Positions 18,992-28,007 are shown, counted from the first letter of the stretch. The stretch is 34,487 bases of DNA from Cyanobacteriota bacterium (GCA_046045965.1 JBJOKS010000041.1:1-34487); one strand, 5' to 3'. The notes: generated by a model not told the origin, from the sequence alone. Numbers and translations: made by a program.

Positions 18992-19696
18992 CTATTTTTT
19001 AACAACTATTGGTGTTCCTACATCAGCCCATTCAAATATCCATTTAGCATGATTAGGTGCAAGATTAACACAGCCATGACTTACGGGTGTACCAAATCTT
19101 TTATGCCAATATGCTCCGTGAATAGCATAACCACCTTGATAATACATTGTATGGGGGACATTGGCAACGTCATAACCAGGTCCACGCATCCGGGTTTTTC
19201 TGTGCTTGGTTTGAACTTTAAAAGTACCAACAAGAGTAGGTGTAGAACGTTTCCCAGAAGAAATAGTGACTGCATACACTGGTTTGTTACCTTCCCACGC
19301 AATTAAATTTTGCTCAGTGAGGTCAATTTGAATCCAACGTTGATCAGATTTTTTCAGTGTAGCAATTGCTGTAGCTATTTTGTTGTGCTGTGACTGTTTC
19401 TTCTGGGAATTTGGATTTTGGGAATTTGTATTACTAGGGTTTTGCTTCTGGGGATTTACATTATTAGTGTTAGTATTCTGGGGATTTACATTATCTGTGT
19501 TGGTATTCTGGGTATTGACATTATCTGTGTTGGTATTCTGGGTATTGACATTATCTGTGTTGGTATTTTGGGAATTTGCCCAGACTGCATCCAATGAGCC
19601 AAAACTGAATATACTAGCAGAGAGAAATGCACCTGTGAGTAACATTTTGAAAAGACTGATCCTGTGAGGATGAATATGTTTTGTCATGGTAAACAC
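18992..19696 (-). CDS. L,D-transpeptidase (YkuD family) with signal peptide and Asn/Gln/Thr repeat linker
   Basis: WIQIDLTEQ.L, ISSGK..TPT..G.F, YAIHGAYWH, SHGCVN catalytic motif. Start could be 19687. Confidence 0.93.
   Translation of the reverse strand: MFTMTKHIHPHRISLFKMLLTGAFLSASIFSFGSLDAVWANSQNTNTDNVNTQNTNTDNVNTQNTNTDNVNPQNTNTNNVNPQKQNPSNTNSQNPNSQKKQSQHNKIATAIATLKKSDQRWIQIDLTEQNLIAWEGNKPVYAVTISSGKRSTPTLVGTFKVQTKHRKTRMRGPGYDVANVPHTMYYQGGYAIHGAYWHKRFGTPVSHGCVNLAPNHAKWIFEWADVGTPIVVKK
19445..19575. repeat. In-frame 30-bp coding tandem repeat (NTQNTNTDNV)n
   Basis: acattatctgtgttggtattctgggtattg repeated, about 4 copies with degenerate flanks. Confidence 0.9.
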
Positions 19697-19761
19697 ACTC
19701 CTGTTTGGTAATAGATAATGGGTAAATTGGTAAGTGGTAATTATTAACTACTACTGAGTCC

Positions 19762-20007
19762 CTAGTACCGCTTTGCGAAAGTCAAAAGTCAAAAGTCAAA
19801 AGTCAAAATTAAGACAGAATAAGTAGGTGAACAGAAAAATTTAAAGGTATGTGAAGAAAAGTAAAATCACCCAAAACTCTCTTCCTATTCCCTGTTCCCT
19901 GTTCCCTGTTCCCTGTTCCCTTGCCCCAACGACAATTTTTAACGCCAACCTACTTAGACTTTTCGGAGATTGAAAATGGTTCATTCACTTACGCCGCAGT
20001 GTACTAG
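19762..20007. mobile_element. CTAG-bounded MITE with (AAGTCAA)n cargo, interrupted by a second MITE
   Basis: ctagtaccgct..gcgaaag...ttacgccg...tgtactag. Colinear with the uninterrupted copy at 34122-34232 once 19822-19956 is removed. Confidence 0.88.
19822..19954. mobile_element. TA-flanked MITE copy 2, nested in the CTAG-bounded MITE
   Basis: TA at 19820-19821 and 19955-19956, termini agtaggt...acctact, cargo (TTCCCTG)n. Confidence 0.88.
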
Positions 20008-20019
20008 TACCCACAATAA

Positions 20020-20652
20020 CTAATTTAACCTCTGTGTGAGATTTTTTGCTTGGTTGGCGATCGCTTGCCAATTTTCTGCTAATACCCATTTTTTTGGGAA
20101 TAATTCTCCACTTAAGCCTACGGCCACTGCGCCAACTTGTAAAAAATCTTTAGCATTTTCTAACGTCACCCCCCCGGTAGGAATTAAGGGAATATGACCA
20201 AGGGGTGCTTGTAAACTTTTTATATAACTCGTTCCTCCCACAGCTTGTACAGGAAACACTTTCACACAACTAGCGCCCTGAGTCCAAGCGGTAACAATTT
20301 CTGTAGGTGTGAGTGCGCCGGGGATAATGGGGACATCTTGAGATACTGCAACTTTAATCATTTCTGGGTCAGTATGGGGAGTGAAGAGGAACTGCGCTCC
20401 AGCTGCGATCGCCTCTTGTAATTGCTGCACATTAAACAGCGTACCTGTACCGATCATACAATCAGGTAACTGGGTACGTAATTGAGAAATTAATTCCGCA
20501 GAGCGATCGCTATTCCAGGTAATTTCTATTAACTGCATCCCCCCAGATGCTACCGCTAAAGCCATTTTTTCACCCCACGCCATTTTTGGGGTGCGAATAA
20601 CTGCGATCGCTCGATGTTGCTGCAACTGTGACAACCAAACTTGATCAGACAT
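20020..20652 (-). CDS. eda: KDPG/KHG aldolase
   Basis: IAVIR, IEIT, IGTGT, IPGALTPTE, VKVFP, PTGGVT motifs. Confidence 0.93.
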   Translation of the reverse strand: MSDQVWLSQLQQHRAIAVIRTPKMAWGEKMALAVASGGMQLIEITWNSDRSAELISQLRTQLPDCMIGTGTLFNVQQLQEAIAAGAQFLFTPHTDPEMIKVAVSQDVPIIPGALTPTEIVTAWTQGASCVKVFPVQAVGGTSYIKSLQAPLGHIPLIPTGGVTLENAKDFLQVGAVAVGLSGELFPKKWVLAENWQAIANQAKNLTQRLN

Positions 20653-20739
20653 AAAAAAATAGGCGCTAAGTATATAGGTACAGGTAATTGGTAAAAAACA
20701 CAGTAGTTAATTACCTATTACCTATGACCTATGGCCTAA

Positions 20740-20880
20740 TTAGGCGATATCTTCGCGCTCAATGTAGGAGAACATGAACGCAAAAATCACTGCTGGTAAA
20801 ACCAAACCAGTCAAAGGAACGAAGATAGAAGGCAAAAATGAAGAATAGGCCAAAACCGAGGGCAAAAATGAACCTGACAT
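20740..20880 (-). CDS. psaI: Photosystem I reaction centre subunit VIII (46 aa; below the ORF-track cutoff)
   Basis: Manual translation MSGSFLPSVLAYSSFLPSIFVPLTGLVLPAVIFAFMFSYIEREDIA*, with an SD-like GAGGA upstream. Confidence 0.95.
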   Translation of the reverse strand: MSGSFLPSVLAYSSFLPSIFVPLTGLVLPAVIFAFMFSYIEREDIA

Positions 20881-20977
20881 AGTAAGAGTCCTCTGAAGTC
20901 ACACTACAATTCACTTAGGAGCTTACTGCAAAATTCCTCCTCTTTTTGGAAATTCTCAAGATTTTTAACAAAACCGT

Positions 20978-23461
20978 TTACATTCCCAGTACCTGATCGA
21001 GTTCCATCATCGGTAAGTCAGGAGGGATGACAGTTTTGACTACTGTGACTTTATGACTTTCCTGCTGGGTGCTAACATCGACAGCGATCGCCCCCACTAG
21101 CACTTCTACACAGCCGAAAGGTACAACCAATTGAGTCATCACTTCCCAGTTTCCCCAAGGAGTAGGCCGCAAATCTTGGAGCAGATGGGGTCCGTCTAAT
21201 AACCCACGAGTTTGGAAATCTTCAACCCATAACTTCACCACAACTGTTGATGATACCAGGGACATTTCTAAGCGCACTTTTATAGACGATCCAGCCAGTA
21301 ATTCACCATTGGGTAAAAATAGCTGAGGTGTGGGTAAAGATGTCAGCACTGGAGGAGATAAATCTAGCAGTTGTTGTTCCTGTGTTTCAGTCCGCTGATA
21401 TTTGTCCTCATTGCTCAAGGGAATATATGTATCATCAAGAACAATTTCTTCAGACAACCAACTAGATATATGTTCAGGTGGTTCTGGTTCAGAAGTTGGT
21501 TCACTCAAGTCTAGAAGCATATGTTCAGGCACATCTATCACTTCTTCTATTTCTATTTCTGCATCTAAACTTATCAGTAATTCATCTTCAACAGCAGAAT
21601 TTTCATCATTTTCATCATTCTGAGTTATGGGAGATTCCTGGTTTGATTCATCAGTCTCATCAGTCTCATCAGTCTCATTGTTTTGGTATACCAACTCGAT
21701 ACCTTCATCCAAGAGGTATCCTTGGCTTTTCATCCATTTTTGAATCAGCGGAGATGGTTCTATTGTGTCTTCTATTGTGTCTTCTATTGTGTCTTCTATT
21801 GTGTTTTCTATTGTGTCTGCTGTGTTTAATTCTTCAGTTTCCAGAGTAGGAACTGGAGGATCTGCATTTTCTTCTATCAATTCCACACCAGAGGCTTCTT
21901 GATGTTCATTGCTGGGCAATAATTCCGGTATGGTTTCTGGCGCAGATAACTGATTTTCAATAGGTTGTGGCAGATTTTCTTTGGGTTCTGGTTTTGGTTC
22001 TGGAGCAGGTTTTAAACGTTTCAAATAGGGAAAAGAAGTTTTAACTTGTTTGATTACCAACTTTTCCAGATTAATGGGGGGGACCTGACTAACTATACTG
22101 ATAGTTCCATCAGATAGGGGTAACTCTGCTCCTGGAGAATTACTAGCAAGTGCATTTTTGTGAATCCGGGGTAATTTAGGCAGTTCCGGTGAACCCGCAT
22201 CTAAAATAATTGTTGGTTTAATTTTTGGTGGCAGTGGCTTTTTTGCAGCTGGTTTTAAAATATGAAACTGAGCTAATTTGCGAGTTTTGACTATATTGAA
22301 AAGTTCTAACCCTACCCTCACAGGTGGTTCTGGTGTTGTAATAACATCCTGAGTTGGTGGTGAGTTGCCATTAGGTAACAAGCCTGGTGGACTAGACTTT
22401 TCTCTAGACTGTTGTGAGGTAATGGTCAGTAATTCTGTGACATCTGCTGTAATTATGAAAGAATCGCTGCCTAAGAGGATGACTTTACCGCCTTTGGTGA
22501 GTGTGCCATATAAACTAATGTTTGCCAAAATCAACATAGATTCACAATCACTGGGAATCTGAATGATGCTACTAAATGTAAAAGGCAAGATTTGGTTTGT
22601 TAAAGGCTGGCTGAATTGAGTTAAGATTTTGGACTCTAAGGGCGATCGCAATTCTGTAACCAGTTGCAGTTGAAAACTATGATCAATATTGGTTGTAGAT
22701 AATATTTCATCTTCCAGATTTTCAGTTTCTGCCAGTTCCACACTCCCATTTACTGTCAAAGTTTTTCCCCAACGAGCAATGTATGTATCTTGTTCTAGAG
22801 ATACCTTCAGTGGTGATGGTGGGGATACGACTGGTGAAATATCCTCATCTGGTGAATTTTCATCCCAGGTTTCTGAACTGGGTAAAGCTAAATCTATAAC
22901 GCTTTGTAAAATCTGTTCTGCCGTCTCTCCTTTGAATAAGACTGGACTGACAGGCTGATTAATAATTATATCTTCTTCGGTTTCTGTTAACAAAGCACTG
23001 ATGTCAAGGTTGATCGGTGAAGTGAGGCCAGATTCATCTTTCCCAATCAGTTTTACCTTTGGCTCTGTATTATACTGACCACCACTACCTAACAATGGTG
23101 GTTCACCGAATTCTAGGGGTAATACTTTGAGGAGTAGGCTATATTGCCAGGATTTACCCAGCATATCTGTCATCAAGTCACCAGAACAGCGTAATTCCCA
23201 AATTCCTGGTTTGAGGTCAGTAAAGGGAATTACTGCCATGAGTCCATCTGCATTAGTACGACGCAAACGTTTAAAAATTCGCCGTTTAGGTGGAACTTCC
23301 TGAATTGAGGAGTGAGTTACCCGCACTTCTACATCTGTATTGGTAAGGTGAGAACGAGCCAAAACTCGATACTTACCTGCTAAAATTCTGAGATTTGGCG
23401 ATTCCAGGGTTTGCCAATCGCGATCGCCCTGTTTCTGTATCAGAAATTGCCAGTGTTCCAT
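20978..23461 (-). CDS. Large conserved cyanobacterial hypothetical protein with an acidic/Pro-rich low-complexity middle
   Basis: Long ORF, likely starting at MEHWQFLIQKQGDR (23461) rather than 23584. Folded-looking N and C termini. Short coding repeats (TIED)n and (ETD)n. Confidence 0.8.
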   Translation of the reverse strand: MEHWQFLIQKQGDRDWQTLESPNLRILAGKYRVLARSHLTNTDVEVRVTHSSIQEVPPKRRIFKRLRRTNADGLMAVIPFTDLKPGIWELRCSGDLMTDMLGKSWQYSLLLKVLPLEFGEPPLLGSGGQYNTEPKVKLIGKDESGLTSPINLDISALLTETEEDIIINQPVSPVLFKGETAEQILQSVIDLALPSSETWDENSPDEDISPVVSPPSPLKVSLEQDTYIARWGKTLTVNGSVELAETENLEDEILSTTNIDHSFQLQLVTELRSPLESKILTQFSQPLTNQILPFTFSSIIQIPSDCESMLILANISLYGTLTKGGKVILLGSDSFIITADVTELLTITSQQSREKSSPPGLLPNGNSPPTQDVITTPEPPVRVGLELFNIVKTRKLAQFHILKPAAKKPLPPKIKPTIILDAGSPELPKLPRIHKNALASNSPGAELPLSDGTISIVSQVPPINLEKLVIKQVKTSFPYLKRLKPAPEPKPEPKENLPQPIENQLSAPETIPELLPSNEHQEASGVELIEENADPPVPTLETEELNTADTIENTIEDTIEDTIEDTIEPSPLIQKWMKSQGYLLDEGIELVYQNNETDETDETDESNQESPITQNDENDENSAVEDELLISLDAEIEIEEVIDVPEHMLLDLSEPTSEPEPPEHISSWLSEEIVLDDTYIPLSNEDKYQRTETQEQQLLDLSPPVLTSLPTPQLFLPNGELLAGSSIKVRLEMSLVSSTVVVKLWVEDFQTRGLLDGPHLLQDLRPTPWGNWEVMTQLVVPFGCVEVLVGAIAVDVSTQQESHKVTVVKTVIPPDLPMMELDQVLGM

Positions 23462-23547
23462 TGAAGTAATGCCCAACCCAACGAGCAGATGATTTATTGT
23501 TTTGCTTTTTTCTTCAGGACTATCATACACTGAGCTATCACAAAAGA

Positions 23548-23579
23548 GCGATGGCTTTCCCGCCCCCCGTAGGCATCGC
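23548..23579. repeat. Short dispersed repeat inserted in a HIP1 site (SDR5-like)
   Basis: GCG + 24-nt insert atggctttcccgccccccgtaggc + ATCGC. Removing the insert restores GCGATCGC. Confidence 0.65.
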
Positions 23580-23652
23580 TTCATCCTGATAATTTAATAA
23601 ACCACATTGTTGACAGGTTTTATAAATTGCTTGTAGATTCTTTACATTCAAT

Positions 23653-25645
23653 CTATTTATTTTCTTTTTTATCTTGCTGTTTTTTCAGATATTCTTTAGC
23701 CCAAGCATAGCGTTTTGCATCTTTTTTCAAAAGATAATAGACTAACTCATGACGCTGTTTTTCATCCTTCGTCTTTTTCAAAATTGACTTAATTTCTGAA
23801 TCCATATCCAAAGGTGTAGCACCTCGTTTAATTGCTTCTTTAAACCAATATTCACCATCTGTATATTGACATCTTTCAAAACAAATAGCTCCCATTAATG
23901 TATAGGGATGGTGACTATCTGGTTGAAACTTCATTGCTTGACGAGCGCAAATTTCCGCATCACCTAATTTATCAACATCTCGAAATGCTCCACCCCTAGT
24001 TGTTGATAAAGCTGACTTCAGTTTATGATCTTGAATGTTGTCCAGTGGTAAGTTATTTGTTAACTGTAATGCTAATTCTGATTTATCTGCTTTGCGTAAA
24101 TGACTACTAGCATTGACTAAATTCCATTTATTACCAGTGCGTTTAAATTCCTGTTGATAAAAATCAGCTTCTATACTGTGGTATTTCGTCCAAATTAACC
24201 CAGAAAATAATGCACGTCCTTGCTTATTTCTCTCATATTCCCAATCATAATAACTATAGTAGTTGTTATGATTAGATTTGATTTTTGTTTCTTGTAACCA
24301 AGCAACATCTTTAGGTTCTATTCTCTCACCCCGTTCTAAATTTTGCAAGATAGCATATAAAGGACTGCTCAATGATTTATCTTGATAACTTGAAACATGA
24401 TATTTTGATTTTAGGGCATCAAAATGTTTTACTTCCATCAAAATAATGATATCTTTATAACCATTGAGTTTTACCCAATCAATTTCTGCATCATTTAATT
24501 TTAATGATGTGATTTTTAATTTGAGCTTATCAGCATATTCTTCTTTAGCAATGTTAATAATATGCTCATATCCATTATTCTGTAACCATTGTATATTTGC
24601 ATCTACAAAAAAATCTAAATCTCCTATTTGTGTTTTCAGAAACTCGGCATATTTATCATTAGCTATTTTTAAGGTTTCAGTCAGCTTACGCTTTTTCAAA
24701 AAATTAACATCTTGTTCTGCCAAAAAATTACCAGAATCAACTTTTTTAAGAATCTTATAAAGATGAGATTTTGGAGATTTATCCTCATATTCCTTTGCTT
24801 GATACTTAACTTTCAAATCAGCAAACTCTCGTATTTTTTCCTGTTCCTCACTAATAGCAATGATTTCAATAAGCTCTTGTTCCTTTAACCAAGCAATTTC
24901 TGTATCAATTAGCTTTTCTTCAGATGCTAATTTTTGCAGAATTGGATATAATGGACTGGATACAGATTTACTTTTATATTTAGTAGCTTGGTACTTTTCC
25001 TTTAACTGCAAAAACTCATTTCTTCTTTGTGCTTCTTGCTGTTTTACAAACTCCAAGGTTTCTAAAAGTTGTTGCTCTTGCAACCATTTATATTCTGACT
25101 CCGTTAAACGTTCTGCAATATCTATTTTTTTGAGAATAGGATAAAGTGAACTATCTGGATGAGAATCTTGATATGAACTCGCTTTATATTTAGACTTCAA
25201 ATTAACAAATTTTTGAATTTCTAAAGCCAGGGTATTTATTTTACTAAACCCGTTTGAGATTAACCAATTAAATTCTTTTTCAGTTAAAAAACAACCTGCA
25301 TCAATTTTACAGAAAATAAAATATAAAGGAGTTACTGTCCATTCAACATTCAACATTAGAGTTAACAACTTCATATTTTGCCTTAATTTTAGTAAATTCT
25401 TCCCCTAATTTTATTCTTTCTTGGCTTTTATGCTTATGTTCATTCCTAATAAATTCAGAAGTTTTTAAAAGTTGCTCTTTCTGTAACCAAATATATTCTA
25501 AATCCTGAATTTCAACTCCTAAATCAGCCTTTCTGAGAATGAAATAAAGTGGACTAGAAGGAGACGAATCTTGATAATTACCAGCCTGATACTTATCCTT
25601 CAAAGTAGAAAAATGTTGACACTTAATTTCGTATTCTTGATTCAT
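23653..25645 (-). pseudogene. Tandem ~60-aa repeat protein with C-terminal TPR-like region, frameshifted by a 7-bp duplication
   Basis: ORFs 25343-25654 and 23653-25374 share the repeat F..LK.KY.A..Y.D....S.LY.IL.K......L...E..WL. Deleting one CAACATT at 25344-25357 fuses them into 661 aa from ATG 25645. Confidence 0.85.
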
Positions 25646-25753
25646 AAACCGCACCCAATCAAAAACTTATGTACTTTGCGTTCTCTCTGCGCCTCTGCGT
25701 CTCTGCGTGAAACAAAAAAAGACATTGGGAAAAACGACAAATATAACTACAAC

Positions 25754-25785
25754 AAAAAAAGGGGCATTCCCGAAAATACCCCTTC
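25754..25785 (-). terminator. Intrinsic terminator after the 25819-26064 gene
   Basis: Minus strand aaggggtatt-ttcg-ggaatgcccc followed by T7. Confidence 0.75.
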
Positions 25786-25818
25786 AATATTCTCTAAAAT
25801 TCCCAACCAATACTATGG

Positions 25819-26064
25819 CTAAGAAGCAACACCATAACGGTTTTGATAGTAAGCCAAAATTTGCTTCACCCTTTCCTCATTAGTATTTGCTTTCCAAGAA
25901 ATAGATAAACCACCAACTTGACTTTGATTGTAATCAAATTCTGAAGAAGTTTGAGAAATTAAATCCACATCTACCCCTTCTACTTGACGCAAATGTGCAG
26001 CTATTTCTCGATATACAGCTAAAGGTAAATTAGGGAATTCAATTTGTTTCTGAGTTTGTTCCAT
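25819..26064 (-). CDS. Small conserved cyanobacterial hypothetical protein (LPLAVYREIAAHLRQVEGV...FDYNQSQVGGL)
   Basis: Family-like motifs. ATG at 26064 preferred. Followed by a terminator. Confidence 0.8.
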   Translation of the reverse strand: MEQTQKQIEFPNLPLAVYREIAAHLRQVEGVDVDLISQTSSEFDYNQSQVGGLSISWKANTNEERVKQILAYYQNRYGVAS

Positions 26065-26152
26065 AAAAATCATACGAATAATATAAAACCGGATATATCC
26101 GGTCATTAATTGCCAAAAAATTCAGAAGTCAAAATTTAAAAGTAGCAGAAAT

Positions 26153-27007
26153 TTAAAACGGTTTACCCATTGAAATTAAACCACCAGCAGTTGTCTGGGA
26201 AGGTTCAGTAGTTGGTTTTTCTCCTACTGCTTTAGCCACTTCAATCCCGAATTGTTCAAAAACGACAACAGGATCAGAACCTCTGTTCATTTCAATCCGT
26301 TTAATCAAAACACCGTTACCCAATCTTTGTCCTGCTTGCACATAACGGCTGGTTGGTTCATCTGGTACTTTGATAATTGCCTGGGGTTGTCTACCAATTA
26401 AAACTACACCACTGACCAAAACTGCTTGTGCAGCTTCAGGTTGTGGAGGAGTTGGTAATACAGGCTTGATGGGATCTTTAGTGACGACTTGAGGTAAAAC
26501 CTTGGGAAGAACTGGAGTCAGTGGAGGTTTGGGTTTAGGCACAACCGCAGTTGTTGTCTTCGGTTTGCTGTTTTGTCCCACCTGGGCTGGATTTGTTGGT
26601 GGCTGTTTTAAAGTTCCTGTTTGTCCTGTTTGTGGTTTGATTGCTGTGGGTAGAGGAGGAAGTTTAGGAACCTCTTTTTGCTGCGTACTGATAGACGTTT
26701 CCAGTCCTATCGGTTTGACAATTTCTGCAAATGGATCAGGTCGCCCTTTCTGCACCAAATCCGCACGCAAATCGCCTTTAGTGGATTCAATCAAGCCAGG
26801 ATTATTGGGACTAAGGGCTTGATTCGTTTTAGGAGACACCACAGGATTGGGAAACGCTGCATTTGCTGCTGGTTTCTGCCCTTGTACAGGGGGATTTGAC
26901 GAGGGGTTAGCGGTGTTGCTGGCTTCTGGTGTGTCTTCTCCTATAGTACATCCAGCGATCGCCAACATTAAAATAGCCGTAGCTGTAATTTGTGAATTTA
27001 TACCCAT
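26153..27007 (-). CDS. Pro-rich lipoprotein with a PilP/GspC-like C-terminal beta domain
   Basis: Lipobox LAIAG-C near the ATG at 27007, GRPDPF motif, Pro-rich linker, VSGVVLIGRQPQAIIKVPDEPTSRYVQAGQRLGNGVLIKRIE. Confidence 0.65.
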   Translation of the reverse strand: MGINSQITATAILMLAIAGCTIGEDTPEASNTANPSSNPPVQGQKPAANAAFPNPVVSPKTNQALSPNNPGLIESTKGDLRADLVQKGRPDPFAEIVKPIGLETSISTQQKEVPKLPPLPTAIKPQTGQTGTLKQPPTNPAQVGQNSKPKTTTAVVPKPKPPLTPVLPKVLPQVVTKDPIKPVLPTPPQPEAAQAVLVSGVVLIGRQPQAIIKVPDEPTSRYVQAGQRLGNGVLIKRIEMNRGSDPVVVFEQFGIEVAKAVGEKPTTEPSQTTAGGLISMGKPF

Positions 27008-27172
27008 TAGCTGTTCTCGAAAGCCATAGGAAAGTTTACTTATGGAAATCAACACGCCTGAAATTGAGATTAAAGGCGAAGTCTAATTTCTTTATAACCT
27101 ACATTTTTACATTTCGAGGGTTGTTTTTAACACTTTCAGACCAGCACAATCACAGTTTCAGATTATTGGTTG

Positions 27173-27949
27173 TTAATTGTCTGATGCACCCATAAGTTGT
27201 TTCATCAAGTCCAGTCCTTTTTTGACTCTACGAGAAACAGTAACTACACTAATTCCCAAGTGTTCGGCAACTTGTTTTTGCGTCAAATCATGCAAAAACA
27301 CGCACTCCAACACTTCGCGGGTACGGTTTTCTAACTGTACTAAGGCTTGTTGCAGACGTATTTGGTCTTCTTGAGCTAGTTGAAAGCTGCGGTAATTAGG
27401 ATCAGGAACCAATTCACCCAAACTGGTAGCGCCTTCTTCTCCGTCTTGTATTGGTACATCTAAGCTTAAGGGAGAGCGATTAACCCATGCTAATTTAATC
27501 TCTTGCCATTCACTGTGAGAAATTTCCAATGCTGTTGCTATTTCTGCGTCAGTAGGTTGGCGGTTATATTTTTCCCGCAAAGAACGGGAAACGCCTATGG
27601 CTTGCTGTTGCAGTGCTAACCAGCGCCGGGGTATCCGCATGGTGACACCTTTATCTCGGAGGTAGTGTTGAATTTCCCCGCGAATATAAGGCGTAGCGTA
27701 GGAACTAAAGGCGTTTCCTTTGGAAAGTTCAAATTTTTCAATAGCTCTAATCAAACCCAAACAGCCTACCTGGAGCAAATCTTCGTAGCTTTCATGGCAT
27801 TGATTGATCCAGTAGTGAGCTTCTTTTCTCACGAGTCCAAAATTCAGTTTCACCAGTTCATTGCGTAGGCGTTCTGAGGGAAATTGTTCATATTCTCGCA
27901 ACAGCTGCGAAATCTCATGTTTCAGTTCGTTGGTGGCTGTAGTAGGCAT
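27173..27949 (-). CDS. sigF: Group 3 RNA polymerase sigma factor SigF
   Basis: YEDLLQVGCLGLIRAIEKF, FSSYATPYIRGEIQHYLRDK, C-terminal HTH LTQKQVAEHLGISVVTVSRR. Position downstream of psbO favours sigF over its paralogue sigJ. ATG at 27949 preferred. Confidence 0.85.
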   Translation of the reverse strand: MPTTATNELKHEISQLLREYEQFPSERLRNELVKLNFGLVRKEAHYWINQCHESYEDLLQVGCLGLIRAIEKFELSKGNAFSSYATPYIRGEIQHYLRDKGVTMRIPRRWLALQQQAIGVSRSLREKYNRQPTDAEIATALEISHSEWQEIKLAWVNRSPLSLDVPIQDGEEGATSLGELVPDPNYRSFQLAQEDQIRLQQALVQLENRTREVLECVFLHDLTQKQVAEHLGISVVTVSRRVKKGLDLMKQLMGASDN

Positions 27950-28007
27950 GGCACATTGGGGATTTAGCAAATAGTGGGTTTATTAATCGCTCTCAAATCT
28001 GGCTGTG

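Noticed and set aside
19445..19575. Regularly spaced ~30-bp repeats as a possible CRISPR array
   Set aside because: The units are contiguous with no unique spacers, lie in frame inside a CDS, and no cas genes are present.
21755..21820. 12-bp tandem repeat (tctattgtgtct)n as a non-coding array
   Set aside because: It is in-frame low-complexity coding sequence (TIED repeats) in the large hypothetical protein.
23462..23584. N-terminal extensions in the ORF track (868-aa protein, also psbO, sigF, ftsZ and the lipoprotein)
   Set aside because: Family-like sequence or signal peptides begin at downstream ATGs, and this extension runs through an inserted repeat.
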